A stretch of DNA of 64,000 bases from Octopus vulgaris (Eukaryota): positions 38,316,001 through 38,380,000 of the forward strand of contig OX597819.1 of assembly GCA_951406725.2 (NCBI GenBank). The letters are read 5' to 3'. Positions 51,900 through 64,000 of this stretch are shown here, one piece after another. Every line of letters begins with the position of its first letter. Position 1 is the stretch's first letter. Made by a program: the position numbers and the translations under genes. The notes under the pieces are model-generated. The model was not told where the DNA came from and made no database searches. It worked only from the letters and a program-made list of their open reading frames with translations.

Positions 51900-53915
51900 C
51901 TATCCAAAGTGTACAATATTATATATCCGTCATGGCTGATCTCACCAATTGGTTTTGCTTGAGGTTCAACGGAGTGTTTGGTAACAATCTAGTTATATAC
52001 CTCATCAGAGGTAGCCAATATGGGATTAAATCTGGTGACTACTCTATATTGTTAGAGACGAATGAACACATCTGGTTTCTGGTTGCTGTGAAAAGATGAT
52101 GAAATGAAATGAGTTGGGGATTAAGTTAAGTTATGTCCCTTGATACCAAGACATCACCACTGGGTTGGTTATGCTGCAAGTTGGTAAGAGGTATCTTGAA
52201 GTGTTTGTGGGAAATGAGCACATATTTCAGGTTGGTGTTTTTATGGAAACTGGGTATGTGCAGGGAGTATAGACTTACACAACTGTGTCTGTTAGTGTGT
52301 TTTCTTTCTGTATTGGTTAAGGTAGTAGGGTCTTTATGTGAGGGGGAGTTTATATTTGGAGTGGTGATAAAATAATCTATTTGGTAGGTGTCCGCCATGT
52401 TGGGGCATGTATGTTTGTATGTGGGTGCATTGGTGAATGCTCTGGCCAAACTCTTTGCTAGACTCCAGGGTATTGGTGGAGAGCCAAGGCTGGGAGACTG
52501 GTGATTGTAGTCATGATGGGGCATGCAGGTATGATAGGATGTACTTAAACACTTCACTTCTGCTTAAACAGCCTGTGCTTCCTGCTGCTATTGTAAAAGC
52601 AAAAGTGTTGATTAAACACTTCACTTCTGCTATTCAGGTAAATGACTGGGTGCTGGGTGTTCTTTAAAATCGCTCTTTTCTCTGCCAGGCACAATATGAA
52701 CGTCTTGCTGCTATTGAAATACAGTTTACATTTCTCCAGAATCTTCCACTTTATGTTGTACTTGGTGGCACTTTCTTTCAAAGACCAAATGTGCTTGGCC
52801 AGGGTTGTGACATTGCATCTCTAGGATGTTGAAGGAGGATTGTGGTTGCTAAAGTGGGTTCTGAAGGGGCCTTCAGTTTCCCCCACCTACTGTTGCACGT
52901 TTGGTTGCCCATTTGGTCCTATGGCTGTTACCTTTGCCTGATATATGATGGTCTCCATGTTACAGTGACTGTTCAGTGGACATGTTGTGTTACCCCTACA
53001 TGAGCAATCTGCCTGTCTCAGATGTGGGCCTACCTACTAAAATCTTTTTTATACTAGGTGCACAGCTAAAGGAAATTCTCAGATTATGCCTATTGAATAT
53101 TTTGTTAAATCTATTTGTACAGGGGGAGTGTTTATCAACTAAGCTAAAAAAAAATTTTACCTACTTAGGTTTTAACACTTAAAGAGATGGGTGGTGCCAC
53201 TTTTCAGTGGCACTTTTTCTTGGAGGGGCTAGGTTCTGGCATGTAACTAATTCTATCTTTGAAACTGCTGGCAACCAGCACCTCATTGTAGTATGGAGCG
53301 GCAGTATCAAAGATCTCTTTGCTTGAAAATAAGCAGGAGCTTCTTCTACTGACACCTTTACCAGGTTCTCGAAACTATGGTTGGATGACAGCAACCTGTG
53401 TTAATGTATGATAGCTTCTTGTATGGCTTCCTAAAGGATCTATAGGCACCAGACTCTAAGTCCAGGGTTGCATCAAGGAATTCCACCGTTTTCAGATTGG
53501 TTTCTATTGTGACCTTCAGTTCAAAGGAGTTCAGGGTGCTGGTGGGATCCTTTCTAAGCCTATCTAGCCTGTGACCATTTGCCCCTCTTGATATTGCCAG
53601 GGCATCTTCCCTGTAGAGGCCAAAACTAATTGAAGGGAATTTCTTTTGAGTACATCTAAGATGAAGAAACCAACGAAATCACACACATCAGCAATGTCGA
53701 AGGCACATATTGCCATGTCAAAGGAACCTTCTGGGTCAATTCGTTTAGCCCAGGCTGACCGTTACTGAAGAGTATGGTTCTTCTGGCATGCATGATAATG
53801 TGTATATCCTCATCACTGATTTTAGTGTAGGCCGTAGTGAAGTCCAGTGCCTTAAAAAGGAGCTCCCTTGATACAGATGGGTAGAAATCCACCATATCAA
53901 ATTGGGTAAAACTAG
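51900..53915 (-). mobile_element. Penelope-like retroelement relic (RT + GIY-YIG + 3' pseudo-LTR)
   Basis: QFDMVDFYPSVSRELL, YREDALAI (YRDD-like), EFLDATLDL, VGETEGPFRTHFSNH, KHIWSLK..IKWKILEKC..LCLAEK. Confidence 0.9.
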
Positions 53916-54147
53916 TAGTGGAAGGGGTAGAGTTAGGTTTAGTGACTACTCATTCAGCCCTCTCCTCATCTTGATGTTATATCCTTGATATTCTGCTTTG
54001 TCAAAGGTAGGAGAATGAAGAGCATGTCTATGCTCACAACTACATTGGCACTAAACAAAATTAGCATATATGTGATGCAAGGTATGATATTGCACTAGCT
54101 TGCAAGTGACTGCTTGGCTTTGGTGTGTCTGTATCTTTCAGCCTTTA

Positions 54148-54540
54148 TTTTTTATGTTTCAATCATTAGACTGCGGCCATGCTGGGGCATGGCCTTCAAG
54201 TTTTAATTGTGTGAATCAAATCCAGTACTTATCTTCTTTTTTTAAGCCTAGTACTTATTCTGCTAGTCTCTTTTGCAGAACTGCTAAGTTATGAGGGACA
54301 TAAACATACCAACACTGGTTGTCAAGTGGTGGCAGAGGACAGACACAAACACACACACACACACACACATATATATGACAGGCTTCTTTTAGTTTCCATC
54401 TACCAAATCCATTCACAGGGCTTTGGTTGGCCTAAGACTATAGTAGAAGACACTTGCCCAAATGCCACATAGTGGGACTGAACCCAGAACCAATGTGGGT
54501 GGGAAGCAAGCTTCTTTCCACACAGCCACACCTATGCCTG
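54148..54540 (-). mobile_element. SINE family A, older
   Basis: Homology. Confidence 0.8.
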
Positions 54541-55087
54541 TGTCTATTTTTGTTTACTTTTTATTTTGCTATTTTTATTGAAATTATAATTTTTCTTTTC
54601 CATTTTTCACATTTGCTTGATACTCAGACACACCACAAGCATACATACATGCTCACACATATACATACCTTCTCTAAGCACACACTCACACATGTACACA
54701 CATAGATGTATGTACATTTTAACAAGTGTATAGACACACACACACACCACACATAAACGAAGACACATACACTTTGTTTTATGTATCCACATAAACTCTC
54801 TCTCTTGCACCCCCACCTGCCTGCTCACATTTGCAAGTCTGCACAATTTGCAAGCCAGTATTTGTTTAATTTTCCACTCATGTATGTACATACATTGACA
54901 CAGGCATACATACAGATATGCTCATATTCGCATATGTTTTTCATACGTGTGTAAATGTCCCACAAACGCATACATTCTTTTTGTGCTGCAGTCATCACTC
55001 ACTCTTCTCCAGGTCATGCATTATTGATATCCATCATTTAGTCTCTCTCTCATATCAGTAACTCTGTAGTTCCATTAATATTTCTCT

Positions 55088-55537
55088 GGATCTTTTCAGT
55101 TTGAACGGCAGTTTTTAACATAATTTCTAGGTAACTAAAAAATTTTAAACTTCGTATACTGGTAGAATGTGTTTATAAAACATCTTTTTCTCTTGGCTTT
55201 ATTGAGAAAATTCTATAGTTTGTAAGATATTTGTTGTTTTTTTTTCTTCAATTTCTGCAATTTCAACCAATCAATGACGTCCATTGAGGTAAAAAACATT
55301 CTGTGCCGTATGAATATGTCCCTCGTTTAAGAAACAGATTGGGTTTATTTACATTTGTGAAGAAAAAAAGATACCCTTCCCTCCACCCCTAACCCTAACC
55401 CTAACTAACCATAACCCTAACTAACCCTAACCCTAAAAGAGATTGAAATGCAATAGATCGATTTTAGGGTCATAATTATGGGTGACAATTTCATATGACA
55501 CTGCTAGAAAAAACTGCTGTTCAAACCGAAAAGATCC
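55088..55537. mobile_element. 450-bp MITE with GG-starting 29-bp TIRs and 8-bp TSD (Merlin-like), carrying (CCCTAA)n
   Basis: ATTTCTCT|GGATCTTTTCAGTTTGAACGGCAGTTTTT ... AAAAACTGCTGTTCAAACCGAAAAGATCC|ATTTCTCT; telomeric repeats at 55387-55436. Confidence 0.85.
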
Positions 55538-55779
55538 ATTTCTCTTCTGTTACTCCCTCTAGTTCTCCCCATCTTTCACTACATTCTCTTCCCTACTACC
55601 TTCTCCAATCCAAATGACTTTGTTCTTCCCATTATGTCATCACTCCACCCACCCACTTGGTAGTTAGAAATGGAATGGAAGCTCATCATGTAGGTATAGC
55701 AGGGGTTTAGAAGTTTGCTTCAAAACACTGTGGTTTTGCATCTAGTTCTACTGTGTAGTACATTGAAAAGATACACTAT

Positions 55780-56190
55780 AGGCGTAGGAGTGGCTGTGTG
55801 GTAAGTAGCTTGCTTATCAACCACATGGTTCCGGGTTCAGTCCCACTGCGTAGCACCTTGGGCAAGTGTCTTCTACTATAGCCTCGGGTCGACCAAAGCC
55901 TAGTGAGTGGATTTGGTAGACGGAAACTGAAAGAAGCCAATCATATATATGTATATATATATGTGTGTGTGTGTATGTGTTTGTGTGTCTGTGTTTGTCC
56001 CCCCAACATCGCTTGACAACCAATGCTGGTGTGTTTACGTCCCTGTAACTTAGCGTTTCGGCAAAAGAGACCATTAAAATAAGTACTAGGCTTACAAAGA
56101 ATAAGTCCTAGGGTCGATTTGCTTGACTAAAGGTGGTGCTCCAGCATGGCCACAGTCAAATGACTGAAACAAGTAAAAGAGTAAAAGAGT
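55780..56190 (+). mobile_element. SINE family A, full length
   Basis: GGCGTAGGAGTGGCTGTGTGG head through (AAAAGAGT) tail. Confidence 0.9.
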
Positions 56191-57774
56191 ATAACACTAG
56201 ACTGATGAGTGAAGAAATTTGGCTGATGGAGGCTGAATTAAGACCATCACATAAATGTGTGTATGTACATGCAAATTTATGTAAATGTTGATATCTCATT
56301 AACTTCCGTTTGAGCAAAATGATGGTGATGTTTACATTTGCTTGTTGACATTTATGGCCACTTGCTCTGTGCTTGTGAGGATATGTAGAATGAATAAACC
56401 CCTTCCTGGAAAAATAGATGAGTGCTGGTTGACAGAAAAAGTGTTCTGCTATAAAATCCTACCTCAAAATCAATTCCCATTTTAGTTGTGCTTTCATGGA
56501 AAAGTGGGCATTTGGTGAACAAACACGCTTGTGTGTAAGCTCATATTTGCATGTCTCTATATGTCTTCATGTTGATACCACTTGACCAGCATTGACAATG
56601 TTTATGCCATGCATAATCAACAAGTTTAGCAGTGCAGCAATACTTTACTTGAAAACAAGCAAGTGTTGGTATCAAGAAGGTCTTCTGGGTGTGGAATACT
56701 GCTTCAGCAAGTCTCATCCAACACATGCCAGCATGGAAAAAGCAAATGTAAAAACAACAGTGTCAATGAATTAATTAATATTAATCTTCTTTCACCATCA
56801 TTAACTTCAGTGATTTATTATTTTTATTTATTATCATCCTAAACTTTTCAAACTTACTCATGTATATTATTGCACATCTATTTATTGATTCTCCCATCCT
56901 GCTTCAACAACTTCAGCAAACACCATTCTTTGCTGTGTAGGTCCGATATGACCAGAATTCTCTTCCATACTTCCCAAAATGATTAAAATCACATTAGCCA
57001 TTAAGGTAATGGTGAATTTTCCTCAGTGAATAACTATTTTTAATTAGATTGTTGATGGTCACTACATTTAGTGTGAGAAAACTGTCTCATTCTACTTTAC
57101 CTGATAATATTCCACACATTAAATATGCTTTTACCTACTTAGCTATTATATATCATACAAATGTAGTCTAGATGACAATTCTCTTTTCAATCTTCTATAA
57201 TATATATAAAATTATCTCTTTTAAATTAAATTCTCTAGAAATATCTGAAAGGTAGATGTTTTGACTATGCGTTAACAGTCTCAACTTGGAAAACATTACC
57301 TGACCTATCTTTCTTCTTGCCTTTCTTTAGACATTCATGTTTAAATGCATGTTTGTAAACATAACTTTTAATTCTCAAATGAAAAAAATTTCATTTCATT
57401 TATAACTACTTTTAACTTTGAACATTCAAATTATAATGAAATGCAACATAACTTTGCAATCCTCATGACTTAATGCATTATGCAGTCAATTTTTATCAAC
57501 ACTCATAAATCATCATTAACACATGTACGTGTGTCTGTCTATATGTATGTGTGTGAATATACATAGACATGTATCACTTGTATTGACCAGACCATTGGAT
57601 TTTGTTACACATCACTGATGTGGAGGCACATGGCCTAGTGGTTAGAGCAGTGGACATGGTGCGATATGAACATTTTAGGTGGTTTTTAGAGTTAGGGTTT
57701 GACTGCTATTTCGGCGTGGTGGTGTCTCTCAGATACCCTTATTTATAGTTTTATATATATATATATATATATAC

Positions 57775-58088
57775 ACTCTCTTTTACTCTTTTATTTGTTT
57801 CAGTCATTTGACTGTGGCCATGCTGGAGCACCGTCTTTAGTCGACTAAATCGACCCCAGGACTTATTCTTTGTAAGCCTAGTACTTCTTCTATCGATTTC
57901 TTTTGCCAAACCACTAAGTTACGGGGGACATAAACAGACCAGCATTGGTCGTCAAGCAATGTTGGGGGAACAAACACAGACACACAAATGTATACACACA
58001 CATACATATATATATATATACACGACAGGCTTCTTTCAGTTTCTGTCTACCAAATCCACTCACAAGGCTTTGGTCAACCCGAGGCTAG
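57775..58088 (-). mobile_element. SINE family A, 5'-truncated
   Basis: Homology. Confidence 0.85.
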
Positions 58089-58089
58089 A

Positions 58090-58138
<49 letters not shown>

Positions 58139-58139
58139 T

Positions 58140-58345
58140 ATCATCATCATCATCATCATCATTATCATGACATGAGTTACATAGTTTCACTGGAACTGAT
58201 AAGCTGGAGAGCAGTACCAAGTTCCAGTCTGATTTGGAATGGTTTCCACAGCTGAATGGCCTTCCTAACGTCAACCACTCCAAGAGTGTAATGGGTGCTT
58301 TTTACATGCCACTGTCACAGGTGCCATTTACATAACGCTGGCAAC
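58140..58345 (-). mobile_element. Diverged family C element
   Basis: (CAT)n, CCTTCCTAACGTCAACCACTCC..GGGTGCTTTTTAC. Confidence 0.65.
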
Positions 58346-58379
58346 AGCAACAACAACAATTTCACTTGGCTTGAGAAGT

Positions 58380-59035
58380 CGTAGTAAGAAGTTTGCTTCC
58401 CGACCACATGGTTCTGGATTCAGTCCCACTGTGTGGCACCTTGAGCAAATGTCTTCTACTATATCCTTGGGCCAATCAAAACTTTGTAAGGAGATTTGGT
58501 AGATAGAAACTGAAAGAAGCCCATAATATAAATATATACACACATATAGGGTGGTGAGCTGGCAGAAACGTTAGCACGTCGGATGAAATGCGTAGCCATA
58601 TTTCGTCTGCCGTTACGTTCTGGGTTCAAATTCCACCGAGGTCGACTTTGCCTTTCATCCTTTCGGGGTCGATAAATTAAGTACCAGTTACGCACTGGGG
58701 TCGATGTAATCGACTTAATCCATTTGTCTGTCCTTATTTGTCCCCTCTGTGTTTAGCCCCTTGTGGATAGTAAAGAAATATATAAATATATACACACATA
58801 TATGTATGTATCTTTGTGTGTGTATTGTTGCATTTGTGTTTGTACCCCATTACTGCTTGACAAATGATGTTGGTTCATTTACATCCCTGTAACTTAGAAG
58901 TTCCACAAAGAGACCAGTAGAATAAGCACCAGGTTTAAAATATATTAGTACTGAGTTCAATCTGTCTGACTAAACCTTTGAAGGCAATTCCCCCAACATG
59001 GCTGCAGTCCAATGACAGGAACAAGTAAAAGATGA
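58380..59035 (+). mobile_element. Older SINE family A split by SINE B
   Basis: Halves flank 58549-58780; AAATATATACACACATA duplicated. Confidence 0.8.
58549..58780 (+). mobile_element. SINE family B
   Basis: Full-length homology. Confidence 0.9.
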
Positions 59036-59707
59036 AAGTGTGTGTACGTGCATGTGTGTGTGTGTGTGTGTGTGTGAGGCCTCAGGGAGAAGACAAAAGA
59101 AAGAATAAGAGGGAAGTATCTGGAAATTAGTATAAGTTGAAGACTAAAAAGCTGAAAATGTAACAGAATGTTTATAATAAATTCATGAACAGCTGCAGTG
59201 GGTTACAGCTGAAGTAGATAGTAGTGAGTAGGTGAGTGTTTCTGGTGAATAGTGAAGTATTGATCTATTCTGCTATAAAGAAATGATTATGGAAAGTTAA
59301 AGAGTTAAAAATGTCAAAGAGTACATTAAAACATCATATGTGTATATATATATATAGTGAGATCAGGAATGTCTATTAGTGAGAATACCAGCTAAAGTAT
59401 TAGCATAGTAGTAATCAGGAGGTGGTATGAAGTTCATGTTTCAGGAGGTACTTGTCAAAGTGGACACAGTTTATAAATATTTCTGATTTAACATGTAGAT
59501 AGTTTGCAGTTTTATAAGATTTTTGACTATGAGGCTCTTCTTACAGATAACTATACATATGGGCACATTCATGGCTGTGGGGTTAAGAAATTTGTTTCAC
59601 AATTATTGTGCTTCAGTTTTAGTGCCACTGTATGACACCTTGGCAAGTGTCTTGTATTATAGCCCTGAATTTGGTAAATGGAACCTGAAAGTAACTTCGT
59701 ATTTATA

Positions 59708-60992
59708 TTGACCCATTCCATAAATAATGCATTTTTTTATAGTTCTTTTATTTTTCAAAATTAAGATAAACAAAGTTCTTTTTAATCTAAAATATACTCT
59801 CCTTCATTTTCTACAATGCTCTTCCCTCTACCTGGTAGACTTACAAGGCCCCTCTTCCAAAATTCATTTGTCCATGATGAAAAATACTCCTCCAGTACTG
59901 TTCTGACCTCATCTACAGAATTCATATTTTTTCCATCCAAATGATTTTGAAAACTGCGAAATAAATGATATTCAGATGGGGCAATATCTGGCGAATATGG
60001 TGGGTGGAGCATCGTTTCCCATTCAAACTGCTCCAGCCTTTGGAATGTCATCCTCACTGTATATGGCTGAACATTATCCTGATGGAAGAGCACATTTTGT
60101 CTCAAAACCAAAGATAGTCATTTTTCTTCTAGCGCCAACTTAAGCCACTTAAGCTGCTCACAGTAGACCACCTTTGTTATCATTTGGTCTGGGTTTAAAA
60201 GTTCAAAGTGGACTAAGCCTTTCATATCCCACCAAACAGATAACAACACTTTACGTGGGTGAAGACCTTCTTTAGCCTGGGGTACCAGTGTTTCTCCTTT
60301 CCCTACCTACTGTCTTTAGCACTTGACATTTTTATAAAGAACCCATTTCTCATCACCAGTCACTATTCAGTCTAAAAAAGGTACATTCATGAGACGTGAC
60401 AGCAAAGAAGAGCACACATTCACTCTCTGCATTCTATTAGATTCAGAAAGTTTGTGACGAATCCACTGACCCAATTTGCTGACTTTTCCTATGGCACATA
60501 TGTGTCAATGAATGGTTGAATGACCAAATCCAAGCTCTCTGCCAGTTCCTCAACAGTTACGATGGGATTTTGTTCTACCATGGTTTCCAAGGCATCCTTG
60601 TCAAGCTCTACAGATCTTCCAGGATGAAGCTTGACTTCTAGGCTGTAGTTTCTGGCTCGGAATTTCTGGACTACCATTGACACTGGCTTATGCTTATTGT
60701 CTGATCCTCATTTACTGCATTAATATTCCTCACACTTTCGATTGCATTGTTGCCTTTATTGAACTCATAAAGCAAAATATTCCAAATATGCTTCTTTGTC
60801 ACTTCCATTATAGCTTTGAAAAAATAATTGTTAAAATCGAACTGCACCCTTCGAAACTTGCACTAAGGATAAGCACAAGATAAAATTACTACCTGCTTTT
60901 ATAGTAAGTTGATGCAGGTAGTTTATCCTGTCCCCTCTCCAACTCTTAGTTCATGCAATTGAAAAAACAGCATTATTTACGGGATTACCAAA
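59708..60992 (-). mobile_element. mariner DNA transposon, near full length, inserted into an old SINE A
   Basis: Imperfect TIRs (..CCATAAATAATGC / GCATTATTTACGG..) with TA TSD; same family as 25526-26794; SINE A halves at 59570-59705 and 60995-61205. Confidence 0.9.
59782..60808 (-). pseudogene. mariner transposase pseudogene
   Basis: MEVTKKHIWNILLYEFNKG, IVTGDEKW, HQDN-x34 to YSPDIAPS(E)YHLF, GEYILD*; disrupted. Confidence 0.9.
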
Positions 60993-61689
60993 TATGTTTG
61001 TGTACATATTTGCATTGTGTATGTTTTTATCTGTGACAGTCAGTTTTAGTTTATTTGCATTCCCTATAACTTAGCAATTCAGCAAAAGAGATTGATAGAA
61101 TAAGCACCAGATTTAAAAATAAGTACTGGAGTTGGTTTGATTTGATTGATTTAACCCTTCAAAGCAGTTTGCTGGTAATATCACAGTCCAATGACTAAGA
61201 TAGTAAAAAAATAATAACCTGCAACAGTTTGTCATTTCTGTGTGGTGTGCATCTCTTGAGGATGTTACATGTTCTTTCATATCTTCATTTCCTTTGTTTT
61301 TTTTTCTTTTCTCTTTATATTTTATGTTTTATTTATGTTCTCCAACCGTTATATTTTTAAGTTTTGCAAACCACCTGAGTTTCTAACTACCTGAGGGAAA
61401 TAGCTAATCTCAACAACAGTAATATGTAATGGGTTACACCCCTTACAAAGTATTTTTAATCCACAATGAACTACCTGAAACATTCTATTCTTACAACATA
61501 TACGTTGTTGATATTTGAGTAATTGGGTATTTGACATTGGTTAGCATTGGGTAGGTATGAAACTAGATGTTATAATAATAGGATATATCATTATATATAT
61601 GCATGCATGTGTGTATCACTCAACTATAGTAGTAAGTACTCTTGTTTATTTTTGCAAAGAAATTGTTACTTATTATACTACTACTCCTA

Positions 61690-62300
61690 TGGTGATCATA
61701 TAGTAAACCACATAATATGATGAACACTATGTAGATATTGTAGAAAAGAAATTTAAACAAAGATACTTTAGTTATACTTCCTCCTTCAAAAATATAGAAA
61801 ATAGGAATACAGTGAAAGTATCCAAGAACATGCTACTGATTTCAGTATCAAATGGAAGATCCTCAAAGGGATGCAGGTCATACAGAAATATGACAACTCA
61901 TTGCAAATTATGTATAGCTGAGAAAAAGTTTATTATTCAAAAGCTTAATAAATATTCAAACTATCTAAATCATTGATTAGAGATATTTACTATATGCTAC
62001 CACTCTGACAAGTATTTCATTCTTCTTTTGATAAAATATATTTTTTAAAATTTTCTTAATAAATTTTATTTCATTCTTCTTTTGGTAAAATATATTTAAA
62101 AAAAAATTTTTTTAATAAATTTATCTTCTTTTGCTGAATATTTTATCTTTTCAACTATTTAATCTAATTTCAGTGTGTTTTAATCCTGCTGAGGCATAAT
62201 TGCAATCCAAATATCAAAGACAGCACTGGCCAAACAGCTGCTGATGTGGCTGACCGCTGCTGCCAACCAAGTTGTTCCAAAGCCATCAAAGAGTATCCAT
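61690..62300 (+). mobile_element. Penelope-like GIY-YIG C-terminal fragment and 3' region
   Basis: HYVDIVEKKFKQRYFSYTSSFK..IKWKILK..CRSYRNMTTHCKLCIAEKKFII. Confidence 0.7.
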
Positions 62301-63482
62301 ATAAACCAGTATGTAGTTTGTTTTTTATTTACTTCTCTCATTTGTAACCCAAGATTAACTATGATTATACATGTTATTTCAATACACTTGAATCATAATT
62401 GTTTTGAATTTAATTTGAAGTTACATGAACTCCACTGGCTTGAATTACTATAACTGTAAAATAAGTACAATTTCTATCGCTGTAAGAGTTAAGTGGTTAC
62501 TTTTGAAAGAGAATCCATTCTTAAACGCAGAAAATGCTTGTGTAAATATCCATATTGTTTTAAAATTTGCGAATTCAAAATTTAAATCCCCTTCTTCCTC
62601 ATTGTCTTTCTCTTCCTCATTGTCTTTCTCTTCCTCCCTCTTTCTCCCTATTTCTCTCCCCTCTCTCTCTCTTTCACACGCATCAATATGTACAAATGTC
62701 TAAATATTGATTCATTTGTCTGAAATAACCTATTACATTCAAACGGTTGACTATTAGAAAAGCTGATAAGGCACATGAGCAAAGTCCTTCAGATGTAAAT
62801 CTGTAGGAAACCAGGAATTTTTATGTGTTTTTATTATTCTCCCTTCCAACCTCTTACCAAATTCACTATTTAGGTTTTTGATATCAACAGATGCAAATGT
62901 GTTCCATGATTCAGAAGACATGGATGGCTGAATTAATAGCATTATGTACAACCAGTCTATAGGCCAGTGGTTCCCATCTTGCCACCGGTTCTTTATTATC
63001 CATGTGAAAAAGATGGCCAATAGTTTTCTCATAAAATTTATAGCCATATTGTGTTTAACTGAGTAATATTGGTAGAGGCATCAGAACTAGACAAAAGAGG
63101 AGGAATGACAGAGAATAATGCTGAAAAATACATGAGATTTCAATATCATCTACGTTCAGAGATTTCTTCTCATTGTTCAATATCAATGTTGTTTTCCATG
63201 ATTTCATACTAAAAGACAGAAACTTTCTTAAAATGAGTGATGTTTTATAAGTTTTATAAGCTGGAGATGTACTACAGTGTCAGCTTTTCACTACCAGTGA
63301 ACTAAAGTAACAAGGGGTGGGAGCGTGTAAGGGAGTAGTAGAAGTAGTGGGATAAGTAGTGTGTGTATATATATATATATATATAATTAAATACACAATC
63401 AAAAGTGCTACTATTATGCTATTATGATACTTGAATGGGCATATTTATTTCCCATTGCTCCAATCCACTCAGCTGGGAAAAG

Positions 63483-63858
63483 TGAATAGTGCCTGTATTT
63501 CAAAGGGTCAGCCTTGAAACATTCTGTGTCATGCTGAATTTCCCTGTGAACTACATTAAGGGTATATGTTTCTGTGGAGTGCTTAGCCATTTGCATGTTA
63601 ATTTCATGAGCAGGCTGTTTCTTGATCTGATCAACTGGAACCCTCATCATCATAACTGATGGAGTGCCAGTTTTATTCACACGCAATTATTTTTAAATCC
63701 ATTTCTTCATGCCATCAAGACAACAGCCTGCTCATGAAATTAACATGCAAATGGCTAAGCACTCCACAGAAACATATACCCTTAATGTAGTTCACAGGAA
63801 AATTCAGCATGACACAGAATGTGACAAAGCTGACCCTTTGAAATACAGGCACTATTCA
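63483..63858. repeat. Inverted duplication of SINE family E body
   Basis: ~144-bp arms 63483-63626 / 63714-63858, highly similar, 87-bp spacer. Confidence 0.9.
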
Positions 63859-64000
63859 TGGCATGCACTTTTAGAGTTTGGATTTCTAAATAGATACTCT
63901 TTCTATTACTACTCTTTCATCTGTAAGTTAAAATTAGAACTTGTTGTCAGTCAAACTTACTGAGATGCAATGGATTATGTACCTTTTGTATCAGTCACTC

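Noticed and set aside
55387-55436. True telomere or chromosome fusion site
   Set aside because: Short, single-orientation, degenerate and enclosed within a MITE
62754-63047. 97-aa minus-strand ORF in repeat-poor sequence
   Set aside because: No recognisable motif or supported splice structure; chance length plausible

Overview
AT-rich, microsatellite-dense eukaryotic DNA. The repeat families look like those of an octopus or other coleoid cephalopod (inference from pattern recognition, not a database search). No intact host protein-coding gene can be supported. Nearly all listed ORFs are translations of (TA)n/(CA)n microsatellites, SINEs or decayed transposons. The window is an intron-like or intergenic transposon graveyard. 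It holds dozens of copies of about five short retroposon families (four with tRNA-like heads), two near-full-length mariner (DD34D) relics, and one Tigger/pogo relic. It also holds three Penelope-like (GIY-YIG) relics, R4/Dong-like and RTE-like LINE fragments, and several MITEs (Tc1/mariner TA, piggyBac TTAA, and a Merlin-like one carrying telomeric repeats). The most unusual signal is a recurring class of short non-coding 'foldback + tail' elements, often embedded in (TA)n. Several of these, and the flanks of the Penelope relics, contain minimal type-I hammerhead-ribozyme-like folds, including non-canonical cores (G3-C8 swap, U4C). Several long near-perfect inverted repeats could form dsRNA if transcribed. 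Coordinates were read by hand and boundaries of decayed elements are approximate.
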